This document shows, in pieces, positions 63,448 through 64,000 of a stretch of DNA of 64,000 nucleotides. Both the position numbers and the translations under genes were made by a program. The notes beneath the pieces are model-generated. The model was given only the letters and a program-made list of their open reading frames with translations. It did not search any database and was not told the origin of the DNA. Source of the DNA: Gammaproteobacteria bacterium (GTDB lineage: Bacteria > Pseudomonadota > Gammaproteobacteria > Eutrophobiales > Eutrophobiaceae); contig OZ250183.1 in assembly GCA_965238225.1 (NCBI GenBank), positions 896,001 to 960,000 of the forward strand, read 5' to 3'. Within the stretch, counting starts at the first letter, position 1. Every line of letters begins with the position of its first letter.

Positions 63448-63999
63448 TTAGTGTGGCGGCAGACACGAGGGACTAATAGGATCAAAGGATTTATAGGTCA
63501 AAATAAACTCCTGATGATCGAGCGCTTCCGATTTACTCTGTTTGTAAGTAGCTATTGACATAACCTCTTCATAGATTTCATCCCTAATCTCTTCAAGACT
63601 GGCAACTCCATCAATGATACGTCCTGCATTGATATCCATATCATCTGCCATGTTTTTGTATGTCTCAGGGTTTGCGCAAATCTTGATGACTGGGGAAATA
63701 GCAGAACCCACGACAGAACCGCAACCGGTGGTAAACAAGATAACATGGCTGCCACTCGCGATGAGTTCAACAATCTCGGCGTTGTCAGAAATATTAGGAA
63801 AGCCAAAACGGGGCTCCCCATCCGGCACAACATCCATCAAGTAGAGCCCGCCTTGAGGAGGGATATCGCCAGGTTTAATCAAGCCATGGATCTGCGATGA
63901 GCCAGACTTTGCATAGGCCCCCATAGATTTTTCTTCTTGTGTGGTGAGACCACCTTCGGCATTTCCAGGAGCAAAACTGCCATAACCCATGATCTGATA
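63448..63999 (-). CDS. UxaA/GarD-family sugar-acid dehydratase, C-terminal part (continues beyond window)
   Basis: GNAEGGLTTQEEKSMGA..KSG, FTTG.GS, PVIK and DMDINAG. Confidence 0.88.
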   Translation of the reverse strand, partial: YQIMGYGSFAPGNAEGGLTTQEEKSMGAYAKSGSSQIHGLIKPGDIPPQGGLYLMDVVPDGEPRFGFPNISDNAEIVELIASGSHVILFTTGCGSVVGSAISPVIKICANPETYKNMADDMDINAGRIIDGVASLEEIRDEIYEEVMSIATYKQSKSEALDHQEFILTYKSFDPISPSCLPPH

Positions 64000-64000
64000 A

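Noticed and set aside
1-64000. CRISPR array, rRNA or intact prophage/integrase
   Set aside because: No repeat-spacer series, rRNA-like sequence, phage structural genes or intact recombinase were seen; all repeats found are two-copy tandems

Overview
This is a 64-kb AT-rich chromosomal segment from a proteobacterium, with Gammaproteobacteria-like gene order. The core backbone is ccmFGHI, ssrA/smpB-NSS transporter-ratA-rnfH-bamE-fur-recN-nadK, hrcA-grpE-dnaK-dnaJ-dapB, bolA/yciI/yciB/yciO-trpS-scpAB-rluB, tpiA-secG-tRNA-Leu and nuoA-N. Three accessory blocks interrupt it. (1) An eroded defence-like island next to the tmRNA 3' end holds a HEPN-motif ORF with a collapsed attC-like site, hsdM and type ISP R-M fragments, nagB, and an XRE-IrrE plus PIN pair. 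(2) An ~11.6-kb insert between tRNA-Leu and nuoA carries an eight-gene envelope operon: secreted protein, lipoprotein, TPR-like protein, PEGA+FGE-fold protein, an unannotated 50-aa peptide, a MotA/ExbB/TolQ channel subunit and two vWA proteins. The N-terminal TM helices of the vWA proteins carry the ExbD/MotB-type Asp, making this a candidate uncharacterised ion-driven motor system and the most interesting item here. The insert also holds an orphan type IV pilin. (3) After nuoN lie DUF2818 and avtA pseudogenes, a degenerate IS30 with visible terminal repeats, a glycerate kinase and a non-phosphorylative sugar-acid catabolic cluster. All family calls come from motif recognition by eye; no database search was run.
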